A stretch of 64,000 nucleotides of DNA, from contig JBHGNT010000007.1 in the NCBI GenBank assembly GCA_043228905.1, positions 3,162,001 through 3,226,000 of the forward strand, read 5' to 3'. Of the stretch, positions 47,085 through 59,800 are shown piece by piece (within the stretch, counting starts at the first letter, position 1; the number at the start of each line of letters is the position of its first letter). Source of the stretch: Azolla caroliniana (Eukaryota > Plantae > Polypodiophyta). The notes under the pieces were generated by a model, which ran no database searches, was not told the DNA's origin, and saw nothing but the letters and a program-made list of their open reading frames with translations. The position numbers and the translations under genes are program-made.

Positions 47085-50000
47085 TCACTCTTCGCCCATC
47101 GGTCCTTCCTCGGTCTCGGATCGGTCGTCGCTGCTGTCTAGGAGAACCGGGTCTGGCTCGTCGTCGTGTCGCTTCTTGAAGGCTTTGATCCTCTTCCCAG
47201 CCACGGGTATCTCCATTCTCGTGCCGTCGAGTTCCGCCAGGTGATACGTTCCGTTGTCGTTGGCGCTTTGTACTGCGTACGGCCCAAACCATCTCCGCGC
47301 GAACTTCCGTGTAGCCCGGTGCTGGTTGTCGAGGCTGCTGTCGTAGACGAGCACCCAGTCACCTTCCTCGATCTTCTTCGGTCGGAGCCGGTGCGTTCGG
47401 TCGAACCTGGCTTTGTTCTTTATCCTCGCCACCCGGAGCTTCTCCACAGCCAGCTTCACGTCCTCTGGTCTCCGCTCGAGTTGTCGTATACGCGCGGCCA
47501 ACAACTCCTCCCGGCTCATCTCGTCCCTCCAATCGACCGTTGCCCATGAGGAGATCGTCCGTTCCATCGGCATGATCGGCTTCTGGCCGAACATAAGCTC
47601 CGTCGGCATGTACCCGGTTACCGAACTGTGCGTAGTCCGGTCTGCCCACAAAGCATAAGGTAGCAGCCGCGGCCAGTTACCGACTTGGCCTCCGCATGCC
47701 CGAACCAACGCCTTGACGATCGGCCCGTGTCCGCGCTCCACCTTTCCATTCGCCTCCGGATTGTACGCAGTGGTGAGCGAGAGCTTGACTCCCAGCCGGT
47801 CGAACAGCTCCGCGGCTTCTTCGGCGTCCAACTCCCCTCGGTCAGCCACGATCTTCCCGACGCACCCGTACCGGCATATCACGTCCTCGATTAGGAACCG
47901 ACATACGGCCGCGGTCGTTTTGTTCGGAAGGGCTCGGCCTTCCACCTGGTTCGTCAGATCCTCCCGCGCTAGGACCAGGTACCGCATCTGTCCTACCCCC
48001 ATTGGCATCGTCACCAGATCTACCATCCATTTGAAGTGGATGGTCGGAGGGTACGTAGGGTGAAGCTCGTCCCGGTGTCGGACCACGGAGTGCATCTGGC
48101 AGCTCTCGCAAGTTGTCACGAATCGATGCACGTCCCGGTACAGTCCCGGCCACCAGTACTTCTCCTTTATCTTCTCGAACGTGGCCCAAGTTCCACGGTG
48201 TCCGGCCCAAGGGCTGTCGTGGTAGGCCGTCAGCAGCTCCTCCTGTTCTTCCTTCATCGCCACCACCCGGAGCGGAGCGCCGTCCCTCTTCTTCGGGTGC
48301 TTCCATAGATAGCCATCCCGGAGAAAGAACCGGTATGCTTTCTTCCGGATCCGGTTGGCCTCGTCTTTCGTCCATGACGCATCCGACGCCATTGTCCTCA
48401 AGAACCCGTCGATCTGCAGCCACTCCCCGTCGTACTTGCTCGCGTCGAAGTCGTTAAGCGCCGGAGTGCTCGTCCCGTCGGTTGTTACGTATGCTGCCTC
48501 GAAGAAGTCCACGCGGACCTCTTCGTCCTCCGAAACCATGCCGCCCTCGTCATCGAACCTCGCCCTCGAAAGCATGTCGGCCTTGGCGTTGTCTTTCCCG
48601 GAAATGTGTCGTATTTCCGGGTCCAGGGACTTGATGTACGCTATCCACCTGAGCATCGCCAGGTCCGGCGTCGCGCATCCGGAAACCATGCCGAGAATTG
48701 GCAGGCAATCCGTCTCGATAATCACTTCTGTCCCGATCAGATAGTCTTTGTCGGCCTTTACCGCCGAAACGACACCCCAGAGTTCGCGTTTAACCTGGGC
48801 GTATCCTCGCTGCCGCTCACTGAGGACTTTCGCGCCGAATCGGATCGGGAACCGATTGTCGTCCTCGTCTTGTTGGTTGACGACCCATCCGATCCCGGTC
48901 GGACTCGTATCCACCGTTATGTATACCGAGGTACCCTTCCCGTAAACAGCCTTCCGGAGCGCCGGTGCTGCTGCAAGAGCTTCCTTCAGCTTCCGGACCG
49001 ACTCCGTATGCTCGTCTCGCCATTCGAATTTTTGCCCTTTCTTCAGCAGCCCGTATAGCGGCTCCGCAACGTGGGCGTAATGCGGGATCCATATGTGGTA
49101 GAATGCGCATGCCCCCAGGAATCTTCGTACTTCCGTGACCGAGCTGCAGTCGGGCTTCATCGCGGAGATGGCTTCTACCTTTGCCGGAGACGGTTTCCGG
49201 CCATATGGCCCACATAAGTGTCCGACCACCATGATTTCCGACTGCCCGAAGGCTGATTTCTCCCCCGAGAAGGTGAGCCTCGCAGCCTCTAGCCTTTGCA
49301 GCACCTTCTCGCAGTCGTCGATGTGCGTCGCTACGAATCGCCGGCATCCGTCCGGCCCGATCGTCTCGTCCTTCTCTGCTACCGGGCATCCCTTGATCGG
49401 GATGTCGTCCAGAAACGGCATGGTGATGTCCGGGATGCAGTCCCTCAGAACCTTGTTCATCGCATTCACCATGTGGGCCACCGAGTTGGTCCCTCCTTGC
49501 GGCAGCGTACACATCCGCACTAGGCCGAGGGGAGTTCGCATCGTCGTAATGTCTCTGCTCTCCACGGCTAGCTGGAACTGGTCGTACCCTGAGTATAGAT
49601 CACCAACCGAGTAAATCGACCTTCCGGCGAAGGCCTCCGCGAATTCGTCTATGGTCGGTCCGATCCCTGCGTTCCGAATGGTCACCCTATTGACCGGTTG
49701 CAGGTCCTGAATGAAGCGCAATGATCCGTTTTTCTTTGGTACGGTAAACCATCGGTTTGAATACGGGGCGCTCGACGGCTCGAGAATGCCCATATCAACT
49801 TTCTGCTTCAACAGCTCCATCAACTTCGGGATGTGAGCTCTCGGAACCGAAATTGGCTTGAGATTCCACGGTACATGCGGTACTGTGAATATCACCATCG
49901 GCTCTACGATCGTCAGGTCTACGCACCCGATTTCCTCCGGTGAGAATGCGAAGGCTTTCCCGTGCCTTCCGAGCATTCTCCGAAACCGGTCTTGCCCCCA

Positions 50001-50536
50001 CCGATTTTGAGCTCCCGGAGCGTCTCGTTGGTGAAGGTGTGTCCTATGCAGGCCGGATCTCGTAAGCTGGGGTCCGATGCAACCCCTTTGATTCGCGACT
50101 CGCTGCCCTCCGGCAAGGGTACCGCGACTGGCCTTACCTTCCGGTCCACAGTCTTGTACTTGGTGCTTACTCGGGCCGTCCGATCCGACTCGAGCCCCCG
50201 ACCAAAGTCCGCGATGACTTCGTACATCTCTTCGGAACATACCGGTATCGTCCGGTCTTCGTTAAGGTCTTCTTCGACTACCTTCCCCAGCATTCCCAAG
50301 GTGTCGTCGAAGGAGACCGCCTCCACGGCGCCACTGATTTCTTCGTCGGGGCCGAGGACTCCGCACGCCTTGAGTCGCTCCTCCTCCCGTTTTCTCTCCT
50401 TGCCTCTAATCCTGGCTATGGTACAGCCTCCGTTTTCGGAGAACCAAAACCTCCTACCTATTGTACAAGTGTGGGGTTCGTCCGGGGTGCCCGGACTATC
50501 GCGGCCCCACGCCCTGATAGTCCTCTCTAAAAATCC
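47085..50536 (-). pseudogene. pol: G3 Pol (RT-RNase H-integrase) in the -1 frame; one ~22-bp deletion near 49995 breaks the frame upstream of RT
   Basis: The -1 frame is open from 50536 to ~49995; relative to G2 the segment encoding GFLLPAE is missing; RT-RH-IN is otherwise uninterrupted to 47085. Confidence 0.9.
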
Positions 50537-52647
50537 TCGCGGTCGTCGCCACCGAGGGTTTTCCGATTTCGCTCATGGTTTGGGCATACGGTCATGAACT
50601 GGACGGAGTGCCGTCCGTCCTGGCTCTTCACACGCGCGTACGCCGAACCGTTATCCAGCACCTTCGTCTCCATGCGCGCTGCCGTGATATACGGTTCACC
50701 GAGAATCACCGGGTGTGAAGACGTCTCTTGCACGAAGAAGTGTTGATCGATTTCGACGTCGCCGATCTTTACCCGTACATTCGGGCACGCACCATGCAAC
50801 TCTTCCGTAGCACGCGTCGCCGCCCGTATCTTCCACCCGTGCTTGGTGTTGATCGGCCACTTTCCCTTCCTGTAGAACTCCATGGACATCATGTTGATTT
50901 CGGACCCATGGTCTACCAGCGCCACCACCGGCTCCGGAACGTCGCCGATCCTCACAGGTGTTTCCGTAGTTGCCCTGGCCCAATGTGGCCTCGCATAGTG
51001 GCTCTCGGCCAACTCGTCCTTCAGGGCTGAATCTTCCAAGTGCGTCGTCCGCACTTCCACCGACCTCTCCAGATCCGGCTCCGTCGAGAGCCTCTTCCGC
51101 TTCACCAAGTCGACAATGGAGTCGTGGAACTCCCTTTTGGCGATTCCAAGCACCTCCCGCAACGACAGTTCCACTTTGCTGTCAAGGATTCGTTCCTCGA
51201 GGACCTTCCGTAGGTCCGTCGTCCTCTCGATCTCGGTGCTCAGCCGGAACCCGGCCTGCTTCTTCCCATCCGGCACGCTTGGGTTGCCGGCATTGTTCGG
51301 TTTCGGACCGAACCGGGTCTCGTACCGCTTCGAGGGACCGACCCCTCCGGCTCTTCCCGCTTGTTTGTCCTCTACCAGAACCTTGTAGTTCTGGCATGCG
51401 GCTTCCACGAAGCCTGTTTTCTCTTCGACCGGATCGTCCCACCCGGTAACCTCCTGGACCCTTTGCTCCGCGCGGTCGGCCTCTTCTTTCCTCAACCGCG
51501 CTTCGGAAAGGTTCTCCAACACAAGTGGCCAGAATCCGGAATCCTTCTCTTTACGGGCCTTGTCACCCCCGACCCGGATTCCCGCCGATGCCGCATAGTT
51601 CGTTGCCTCCGCGTGTCGTGCGCCGGCCTCCTCCATCAGTCGCTTCATTCCGCCATGCCCCGTATTCAGCTCCAAGGCTCTGCGGGTTTCGCTTGCGTGC
51701 ACCCGTCCGTTCGAGAGGTACACTACATTGGCTCTGAGCGCCCCAACGAAATCCGCGCAGTCTTTCCGAATATGACCGGTCGCGTCACACCACATGCACC
51801 GTTGCAATGCAGGTGGCCTCCGGTCGCGGGGCGGTTCGCTACTGTCCCTTCGTGCCTGCGCGATCTGCAGGTCCCGCACCATTTGCGTTAACTCCTCCAG
51901 GGCCGCACCCCCGGAAGACCCTTTAACCTGGTCGTTCGAGGTCGACCCCTTCTCTAGCCAGGGTCGGGTCTCTTCCCTCCTTGCCGGCGCCGATACCGAC
52001 ACCTTAGGTCTTCGTACTGGGGCCTTCGGGGCCCCGTCGCTCCACTCATGTCGTTTGTCAAAACGGCTGCAGACCCGTTTAACCACGGCCCAATCTGTCG
52101 TGAGCCCTTCGTCCGTCTCCAATAGGAGACCCACCTTTTCTCTGTCAAGCGCGTCCACCGACTTGACAAACAGTAGTACTCGACTCGTCTCCATTACGGT
52201 CCGATCCAGCGTCGACAGCCGCGCGAACCGTTTTTTGAATTCCTGGAGGAGCGCCGTCGTGTTCCTCCCTTTTCCGGGGCTTTCAACCCATGCCATGAAG
52301 TCTAGTCTCGACAGCCGAAGTGAGTCGTCTAACCCGTATCTCTCGAGGAGCCGCAGCTCGAACTCCTCCCATGTCTGGCAACCGGCCAGCACCTCGAGCA
52401 CCTCCGCGTGGATGCTCGGTGCCACCACCCGAGGAAATCCGGACAGCCGCCTGTCCGTCGATATGTCCCTCATGATCATTTCGGCCCGGTAGGCCTCCAA
52501 ATAGCTCGTGGCATCCTTCCCTCCGAACCGGCCTATAGTGCCAACGACCGACTCAATGGCTCTGTCGAGAGCACCCGTTCCCTCCCGAGCATTTACTAGC
52601 CGGTCGACAGCTACCGCCATAGCTTCGGCAAGCTCAGACCCTCTCAT
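50527..52647 (-). CDS. gag: G3 Gag-protease ORF (~706 aa), intact
   Basis: Capsid-like FGGKDATSYL, zinc knuckle CMWCDATGHIRKDC, aspartic protease LVDHGSEIN...ILGEP, ending GAG GAT TTT TAG. Confidence 0.92.
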   Translation of the reverse strand: MRGSELAEAMAVAVDRLVNAREGTGALDRAIESVVGTIGRFGGKDATSYLEAYRAEMIMRDISTDRRLSGFPRVVAPSIHAEVLEVLAGCQTWEEFELRLLERYGLDDSLRLSRLDFMAWVESPGKGRNTTALLQEFKKRFARLSTLDRTVMETSRVLLFVKSVDALDREKVGLLLETDEGLTTDWAVVKRVCSRFDKRHEWSDGAPKAPVRRPKVSVSAPARREETRPWLEKGSTSNDQVKGSSGGAALEELTQMVRDLQIAQARRDSSEPPRDRRPPALQRCMWCDATGHIRKDCADFVGALRANVVYLSNGRVHASETRRALELNTGHGGMKRLMEEAGARHAEATNYAASAGIRVGGDKARKEKDSGFWPLVLENLSEARLRKEEADRAEQRVQEVTGWDDPVEEKTGFVEAACQNYKVLVEDKQAGRAGGVGPSKRYETRFGPKPNNAGNPSVPDGKKQAGFRLSTEIERTTDLRKVLEERILDSKVELSLREVLGIAKREFHDSIVDLVKRKRLSTEPDLERSVEVRTTHLEDSALKDELAESHYARPHWARATTETPVRIGDVPEPVVALVDHGSEINMMSMEFYRKGKWPINTKHGWKIRAATRATEELHGACPNVRVKIGDVEIDQHFFVQETSSHPVILGEPYITAARMETKVLDNGSAYARVKSQDGRHSVQFMTVCPNHERNRKTLGGDDREDF

Positions 52648-53819
52648 TATCACTCCTCTGCCGCCTGTTCACGTCGGGTTCACCAAAGATGTCGCGGTCT
52701 TCCGCGGGTACGTGTAGGAACAGAGGCGGGACCACGGGGGTCTCGAACCAAGGAGAGAGTGAGAGTGAGAACGAAGAAGATGGAGGAGAAGAGCAGGCGG
52801 GTGTGTATTCGTGTGTGCGTGTGTGTGTGAAAGACCGATTGCACAAGAGACGAGGGAGACAACAAGAGCAAGAAAGGACGAGACTGCTAGACTTCAATTA
52901 AACAGAGAATACAAATTGTCATTTACAACCGGCACGCCGGCAAGGGTCCCAACACGGGCCCCACTCACGCACCCACAGGAGCAGAATGTCACAGAAGAGG
53001 AGTGTCTTTGCCGGAAGCACACGGGCTGTCCACGGAGCAGAGACAGCGAACTCCCAACGGATCACGACCTCTGCGCCCAAATCCGCGACCTCGAAGCAGC
53101 AGCAGAACAGGGAGCCTCTGCCGGAAGCACTCGGGCTTCCCACGCAGCAGAAACAACGAATCCCCAGGCTCTGCAGCGTCCGACGATCTTCTCTCCAGAA
53201 AAGAAGAGCCTCTTCGCAGTTCGACAGCACTTCGTCCTCGCCAAGTCGCGATCCTCTCTTCTTCCCTGTCCTCCTCCTTTTATAGGTCCTGACGGAGCCG
53301 TTCGGCATTAAATTTCTACCTACTGTATCTAACCACTTCGATCCTCCTAGGTACCTAATCCCTCTCTATGTACAACTTGGCGCGCACGCGCGTGAAGAGC
53401 CGGTTCCCACGCCTTGGTGCCCCAATTCCACCCTTGGACGGTTTTCTTCACGACAGCGGGATGTTTAACGTGGAAAACCCCAAACTAGGGAAAAACCACG
53501 GCAGCCCACAAGCTGCAAACTATCACTAGGTTAGTATGTACAGCAGTGAGTTCACGGAGGCAACAACCTCGTGCTCACGATCTTCGCCACAGGCGGCAGT
53601 TACAACAGAGGCAACGACCTCTTTCTCTCTCTCTCTCTCTCTCTCTGTACACTGTTACGCGCTCTGATCTCACGCAGACAAGAAATAATAACAACAGTAA
53701 CTAAAAGTTTGCCCTAAGTCATATTTATACTAATATGACTTTTCTGCTATTTACAAATATAACCTCGATGGACTCTCAGAAACATATTTACGAATATGTC
53801 TCTTCATCCGGTGATCATT

Positions 53820-54190
53820 CCTCATCAGGTCTGCACCATTCAGCTCTCCGAAGCTGGGTACTCCTCATCCGGTTCTCACCGGGTTTGCACCATCCAGCTC
53901 TTCGTAGCCGGGTACTCCTCATCCGGTCCTCGTTGGGTCTGCACCATCCGGCTCTCCGAAGCCGGGTACTCCTCATCCGGTTCTCACCGGGTCTGCACCA
54001 TCCGGCTCTCCGTAGTCGGGTACTCCTCATCCGGTTTTCACCAGGTCTGCATCATCCGGCTCTCCGTAGCCGGGTACTCATCCGGTTCTCACCGGGTCTG
54101 CACCATCCGGCTCTCCATAGCCGGGTACTCCTCATCCGGTTATCACCGGGTCTGCACCATCCGGCTCTCCGTAGCCAGGTACTCCTCATA
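53820..54190. repeat. 54-bp tandem repeat, ~7 copies, in U3 of solo LTR H
   Basis: Unit TCACCGGGTCTGCACCATCCGGCTCTCCGTAGCCGGGTACTCCTCATCCGGTTC. Confidence 0.95.
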
Positions 54191-55891
54191 CTCCTCATAC
54201 GGTTTCGGCCTCAGCCTATCGGCCTCGGTCGAGTTTGTTCATCAGCACTGTTCTTCTCCCTTCCCATCCGGAGGGACCTGTCTCCCAACAGATATGCAGG
54301 AATACGAAGATCAGTTCGAATTTGAATCGACTCACTCCCTTGATAGTGAGTTCGAAGGCCTTGACATCCGGACAGACGGCGTGAAGAAAGCTTTAGAATC
54401 CGTGAACCAAAAGCTACGTCGGTCCACCCGAGAGAAGAAGCTCATAAGCCATTACGGCTGCAATGATTACATGGCGTATCATTATGCCTTTATGATGAAA
54501 GTAGCGACAGTACGAGAGCCGGAAACGCTTTCCGAAGTCGTAAAGGATCCGCGATGGGTTAACGCGATGCATGAGGAAATGGAAGCGTTATGCAAAAACG
54601 AGACATGGGATCCCATTCCTCACCCGCCCAACAAGAAAGCAATTGGTTACAGATGGATTTACAAGGTGAAGCACAATACCGACGGCTCTGTAAATCGCTT
54701 CAAAGCACGTCTTGTTGCGAAAGGATACGCACAAACCCACAACGTAGACTACGAAGAGACTTTTGCCCCGGTGGCAAAGATGACCATTGTAAGGACCGTA
54801 ATTGCCCTGGCAGCGACGAAATGGTGGCACCTCCACCAGATGGATGTGAAAAACGCGTTCCTCTAAGGAGAATTAGAAAAGGAACTGTATATGATTCAAC
54901 CACCTGGATTTGAATCGCGTAACTATCCACACGCCGTATGTCGACTTAAGAAACCACTTTACGGCCTCAAACAAGCATTGCGGGTGTGGCACTCGAAGAT
55001 CCCGTAGTATCTTTATCATATTGAATTTCAAATGTCAAAATCCAATACTTCTCTGTACATCCGAAACGAGTCAGATAGCCCGATTGTCATCATCCTTTAT
55101 GTGGATAATTTGGTCATCGGAGGAAAAGATCTAGCCGAGATTAATAAGGTCAAATCACTTCTTTCCCGCAGACATTGAAGTAATTCGAACACTAGTCGGA
55201 ATAATGATATCACAACGGCACTACGTTCTCAACTTACGCTACAAATTCGGAATGATGGAGTGCAAACCTATGTCTACCCCTCTCGATCGTAATTTCAAGA
55301 TCGATGCTAACTCTGGCACGGCCGAGAGCAAGCCGACTCAGTATCGTCAACTGATCGGTAGCTTAATTTATCTAACCATCACAAGACCCGACCTCAACTA
55401 TTCGGTCGGCCTGCTTAGCCAATTTATGCAAAATCCGTGAAATCTTCATCTGTATTGTGCTAAGCGGATACTTCGGTATGTCAGCACAACGATGAACTAC
55501 GGCATCATGTATAAGTCGAATACAATCATTCGACTCAAAGGGTACATAGACACAGACTGGGCCGGATACAAAGCAGATAGAAGATCCACACTCAGATTCG
55601 TCTTCTCTCTTGGTAGCGAAGCGACCTCCTGGAGTAGTAAGAAGCAGCCGATAGTCGCACTGTCGAGCACGGAAGCCGAATACAAGGGTGTTGCAGTTGC
55701 CGCATGCGAAGCCGTATGGCTCAAGCATATACTAAAGGACTTGGGCATACTCATCAAAGATCCAATTTGTCTATACTGCGACAACATGAGCAGTATCTAC
55801 CTGGTGCGGAACCCCGTATTCCACGTGCGAACTAAGCACATCGAAGTGCACTATCATTTCATCCACGAGTGCGTACAGGCCGGAGATATAC

Positions 55892-56345
55892 TATTAGAGA
55901 TATGTACTAATGTAAGCAAAGGATAAGGATAAACGATAGATCTAGATAGAGAGGAGAGAGAGAAAGAAAGGTGTTGATCCACCCGACCACCCCCGAGCAA
56001 AGGGATCAAGATAGAATCGAGCCTCGATCGGCATCCCATACCACCGTCATGACGTCGAGTCGTACCTGGTGCTGGCGCGCTCGCTACAAGAGTTGAACCA
56101 CCGAGAAACAGAGTCTCGACGTAGTCAAAAGATGATGAAATGAGGGTAGCTAGGCCTCTTATTTATAGCGATACACAAGGCCCCCAAACAAGTTTACACT
56201 TGGCCTAATGGGTTGTCTCAATCCCGAGGATTAAAAGTAATCCTCCCCTTCTTTACATTCTCATTTAACCCTCACACTTATCCATGTGGCTAGAATACTA
56301 CGGTAAATTCTCACCACGGGATATTATATGGTCATGCCCGTAACA
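55892..56345 (-). mobile_element. Solo LTR in Copia E RNase H (family of 1795-2212)
   Basis: TATTAGAG...CGTAACA; host AGDI|DLQHIN rejoins; TSD degraded. Confidence 0.8.
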
Positions 56346-56866
56346 TATCGATTTACAACATATCAATACGCACCTACAAGTAGCCAACATTTTCACGAAA
56401 GCCCTTGGTATCGACAAGTTGCAGCTGTTTGCGTTGAACCTTGGCCTATCTCTTCCCGACGAGCTGAGCTTGAGGGGTAGTACAAATCAGTGAACAGTCG
56501 AACAAGGAGTACGCAACCAAAAAGCCGAACAATTGAAGTTCAAAGTATTTCGAAGATCAGACCAATCCGAAACGATTTTTCGATATCCAGAAGTTGTGTT
56601 CGGGGGCGTGTTGAGAATCGAACTCAACTTCCCATAGAAATAGGATTCACACTAGCTCATGGACATACCAGGCTAGTTTTGTAAATAGTAGAAAGGGCCC
56701 TTGCCCTAATTTAGTTGGTATTTAAACCAACCCTTTGTAACTTTGTTACTGTTGGATGTAATATATAGTTATCTCTGTCTTAAGCTCTCTCTTACTCTCT
56801 CTCTGTTTTGCCTTATGTACACACAATCCTTCCGCTGCATCTCAACCACTCTTGCTCCTCTTTACA

Positions 56867-59800
56867 TGAATCATGCTTTGTCTTGTAGACCCATTTGCAA
56901 CCTACAACATTTTTTCCTTTCAGTAACTTTACCAAATCCCATGTTCTATTTTCAGCCAATGCATCTATTTCTTCTTGCATTGCATTCACCCGTTTCTTCT
57001 CAGCTTTTGCTTCATCAAAATTATTTGGGTCAGGGATTTGTACCACTTTAGACATGTATGCATAATGCATTGCCATGTATGTATCATAACCAAATCTTTC
57101 AACTATTTTTTTCTCTCTATCTAATCTTCTCAGTTTCTGATTTGCATCCTTCATTGCTTTTTCCATACCAGGTATTTTCAAGGCTCGTATACCCAGCTCA
57201 TCATCCAATGATGTATCTGAATCTACATCTTCCATCTTTCTAGACCCATCATCAAGCATTTCATATTCTGGCATCTTCTGTTTTCCCTTTCTACCATCAT
57301 ATTTTTTGTGTCCTGTATTTTTTCCACTCCATGCATTTGAATCAGATTTACTACCAAAGTTTTTAGATGGTCCGAAACATGCTATTGATGTTGAACTTTG
57401 CTATCCAACATTGTTTCCATCTCTATGGCAATCTATTCCATTTTCAGATTCACCCCTGTCTTCATTTTCATCGTCTTCATCAGTTTCTAGATTTTGTTTT
57501 GGGTTGTACCAACTGCCCAACTCATCAAATATTACATCACGGCTCACTACAATCTTTGTTGTCAACGGGTTATAGCATCTATACCCTTTTTGCTCCTCTG
57601 AATATCCAACAAGGACACATTTTTCAGATTTTGGATCAAGCTTACTTCTTACTTTAGCAAGTACATGGATATAACCAAGGGATCCAAACACTTTTAAGTG
57701 TCCTAAATTAGGTTTCCTTCGATTGAAACATTCTTCAAGAGTTACTTCATGTACTCCAGATGTTATACATCTATTTAGAATAAAGTTTGTTGTATTTACA
57801 ACTTTTGTCTAGTAATACAATGACATATTTTTTTTAGTCATCATGGCTCTTGCTATGTTCACCAGAGTTCTGTTTTTTCTCTCAACAACTCCATTTTGTT
57901 GTGGAGTATATCTACATGTAAATTGTCTCCTTATTCCTTGATAACATAGAAAATCAGAAAATTCATTTGAGAAATATTCTCCTCCTCCATCAGATCTTAA
58001 ACACTTTATTATAATCTCGGCTTGCTTTTCTACCATACATTTAAACTTACGAAAGCAATCAAATACTTCACTTTTCTCTTTCATGAAGTAAACGCATGTT
58101 TTCCTTGAGCAATCATCAATAAAAGTTACATAGAACCTGCAACCACCAATTGATTGATTTTTTGTTGGTCCCCATACATTTGTATGTACCAAATCCAACC
58201 AATTTTGGCTTACATGTCTTTCATGAGGGAAAGACAACCTGTTTTGCTTTCCATACTGGCACGCTTCACATATTTTGCTCATCTCACAATCTTTCAACTT
58301 AGGTAGTCCAGCCATTGCATTTTTCCTCAACATATTTTTCAAGGTTTGCATACTTATGTGACCGATTCTTTTATGCCACATCTCCACATCTAAGATTACG
58401 TTCATTCCTTCTGCAAACATGGTTGTAATATTTTTAGGCATATCTGTTAAGGATCTATGTATCGATGGAGTAAGCTCCTCGATGTCGTGGCGGGATTCAG
58501 ACCAGTGTATACCCTCTTGATGGCGAATCGGGCAAAGATGGTTGTCAGGTACCTCCAAGCCTCACACTCACTTAACGATTAGTAAATGATTGAGCACGAT
58601 ATCTCTCTCACTCTCTCAAGCTCTCTCTCATAGACAATAGGTTAATAGATATAGACAATAAGAAGGAAGAGTATGTTTATTAACCCTCTTTGCTAAGAGG
58701 TCTAGCACCAACAAGGAGAGAGATTAGTGTTCTCTAACTAAACACCTCACTAATCTCTCTTAAGCTCAAAGGTTACAAGGAGGAGAGGAAGCTCTAGCTC
58801 TAATCAATAGGAGATCTTTACAAATGGGAGAACCCTTACAAAGCCACCACCATGTGGTTTATATAGTATTTACATTTAGGGTATGGACCTTTCACACTCT
58901 GATGTCCTTTAACCCTCTTTCCTCTTGTCATTCCCTCTTCATAGGTCCTTTAACCATATTGTGTCCTTGTTGATGCACTCTTCTTCACGACTGGTCATGG
59001 TGTTATCCAAGGGCTTAACAATATCCACATCTAACACAAACATTCTTCCTATATCAAGAAGCTTTCCCTATTTCTCTATAAAGCACCCACTTTGCTTAAA
59101 CTTAACTTGCATTCCTTGCTCTACTATCTGTCCAACAGAAATCAGATTTTTAGCAAGGTTTGGCACATGCATACCATTCAACATATACTTTGTTTTTCCT
59201 TTTTCCGCCCACAATGGGATATCTTCAACATGCTCGATTGTATGAGTGGTGTTATCACCTATTTGTACATAACCAGGAATCTCTAGTTCTCTTAGACTTT
59301 CAAACCAATTTGCATGTCCAGTCATATGATTAGATGCCCCAGAATCTATATACCACATATACTCTTCATTGCATCTTTGTGAACATTCAACCATTGCTGT
59401 TGTTTCATGTTGCAACACAAATGCACCATCCTTATCACAGTCTTCACTAGTTGAAGCATAATTGTTTTGTTGTATGTTCCCTCTTTTTTCATCATTTTGC
59501 TTTTTATAGCATTCAACCTGTGTATGGCCTGGTTTTCCACAATACCAAGAGCCATCATCATTAAAAATAGTTTGCTTACCTTTACCTCGATTGCTCTATC
59601 TGCCTCTGATGTTGTTTCTTCCAGTTGTAGCTTGTTGTCCTCTTCCTTGATAATTATTGTTGGTTCTAGCTTAACCAAATCTTCCATGGCCTCTTCCTCG
59701 GCCTCTTCCAGCACTATTGTAGAGGGCTTGCCCCTCAGTCTCAGAGTTTCCTTTGTTTACATCATCCATCTGACTTCTTTCTTCCACTACAAGCATTGAA

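Larger units (their letters stand above)
46248..53455 (-). mobile_element. Non-chromovirus Gypsy G3; 766-bp LTRs 46248-47013 and 52690-53455; nearly intact
   Basis: LTR pair (~9 differences by eye), 4-bp TSD GCGG, tRNA-Trp PBS, PPT. Confidence 0.97.
46137..54290 (-). mobile_element. Copia solo LTR H (46137-46247 plus 53456-54290), related to Copia I LTRs, split by G3
   Basis: TGTAGGGA...TCCCAACA, perfect TSD GATAT; shares CGTGGAAAACCC, GCCACAGGCGGC and GCCCTAAGTCATATTTATAC blocks with Copia I LTRs. Confidence 0.9.
35698..56866 (+). mobile_element. Copia E inserted antisense in C; LTRs 35698-35957 and 56609-56866; degenerate gag-pol split by nested insertions
   Basis: Matching ~260-bp LTRs TGTTGAGAATCG...CTTTACA, perfect TSD TGAAT, PBS TCGTATCAGAG; coding pieces ~36020-37597, 45284-46136, 54291-55891 and 56346-56490. 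Confidence 0.93.

Noticed and set aside
49995-50240. N-terminal ~80 aa of the 1051-aa ORF as a novel Pol domain
   Set aside because: Out-of-frame sequence created by the ~22-bp deletion; the true upstream Pol frame matches G2.
53735-54325. 196-aa ORF with 18-aa repeats; CRISPR-like periodicity
   Set aside because: It is a translation of the 54-bp U3 tandem repeat. Units are contiguous with no unique spacers, and there are no cas genes.
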